Source of the DNA: Candidatus Dormiibacterota bacterium
GTDB taxonomy: Bacteria; Chloroflexota; Dormibacteria; Aeolococcales; Aeolococcaceae
Assembly: GCA_963718525.1 (NCBI GenBank)
Contig: OY970355.1
Location: forward strand, 2,176,001-2,240,000
Direction of reading: 5' to 3'
DNA length: 64,000 bases
Numbering within the stretch: position 1 is the stretch's first letter; each line of letters starts with the position of its first letter. Below the pieces are notes generated by a model. The model was not told the origin of the DNA. It was given only the letters and a program-made list of their open reading frames with translations, and did no database searches. Below, piece by piece: positions 63,835 to 64,000 of this stretch. The translations under genes and the position numbers were made by a program.

Positions 63835-64000
63835 CTAGCTACGCCGGCCGGTCACGCGGTCAAGCGTGAGGAGGGTAAGGTCAGCGACGTTGCAGGCCTC
63901 ACGTACGACCATGAGCGCCATCTCGGTAGTGACGCCGGTCGGCAAGGTGCGGCCATGGCCGGCTCCTTCAAGACCGCGCAACTTGTTGACTTGGTCGGCG
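63835..64000 (-). CDS. 3' end of a possible abortive-infection C-terminal (Abi_C-like) protein
   Basis: Manual translation ..VNKLRGLEGAGHGRTLPTG..ALMVVREA..LLTL*, resembling the LRN..G.GHGR motif; partial. Confidence 0.5.
   Translation of the reverse strand, partial: ADQVNKLRGLEGAGHGRTLPTGVTTEMALMVVREACNVADLTLLTLDRVTGRRS

Overview
High-GC (about 65%) bacterial DNA. Gene content and apparent leaderless starts suggest a soil Terrabacteria lineage (Actinomycetota/Chloroflexota/Dormibacterota-like; inference only). The window opens with the 3' part of der (engA) and a complete tRNA-Pro(GGG) gene at 1129-1202. Everything downstream is accessory DNA cut into at least 8 segments of about 1.9-20 kb by eight same-orientation copies of the tRNA 3' half (anticodon stem to discriminator; 4933, 6879, 12202, 22843, 29241, 36847, 43466, 63748). 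Each copy sits in a conserved non-tRNA left arm of about 110 bp and one of two right-arm types. Only one segment encodes a tyrosine recombinase (29410-30408), directly behind its site, and the same segment has an excisionase-like HTH gene. The other segments keep the recombinase upstream leader but carry unrelated cargo: ABC transporters, intact and decayed TA modules, orphan histidine kinases, ECF sigma/anti-sigma, detox/redox regulator-enzyme pairs, an RpoD paralogue, and a V/A-type ATPase operon with USPs and a truncated MgtA. The best reading is a tRNA-anchored, integron-like tandem array of mostly non-autonomous cassettes that probably continues past the window end. IS256, IS481 and several IS end relics lie mostly near cassette ends. 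All family assignments come from motif recognition; no database searches were run.
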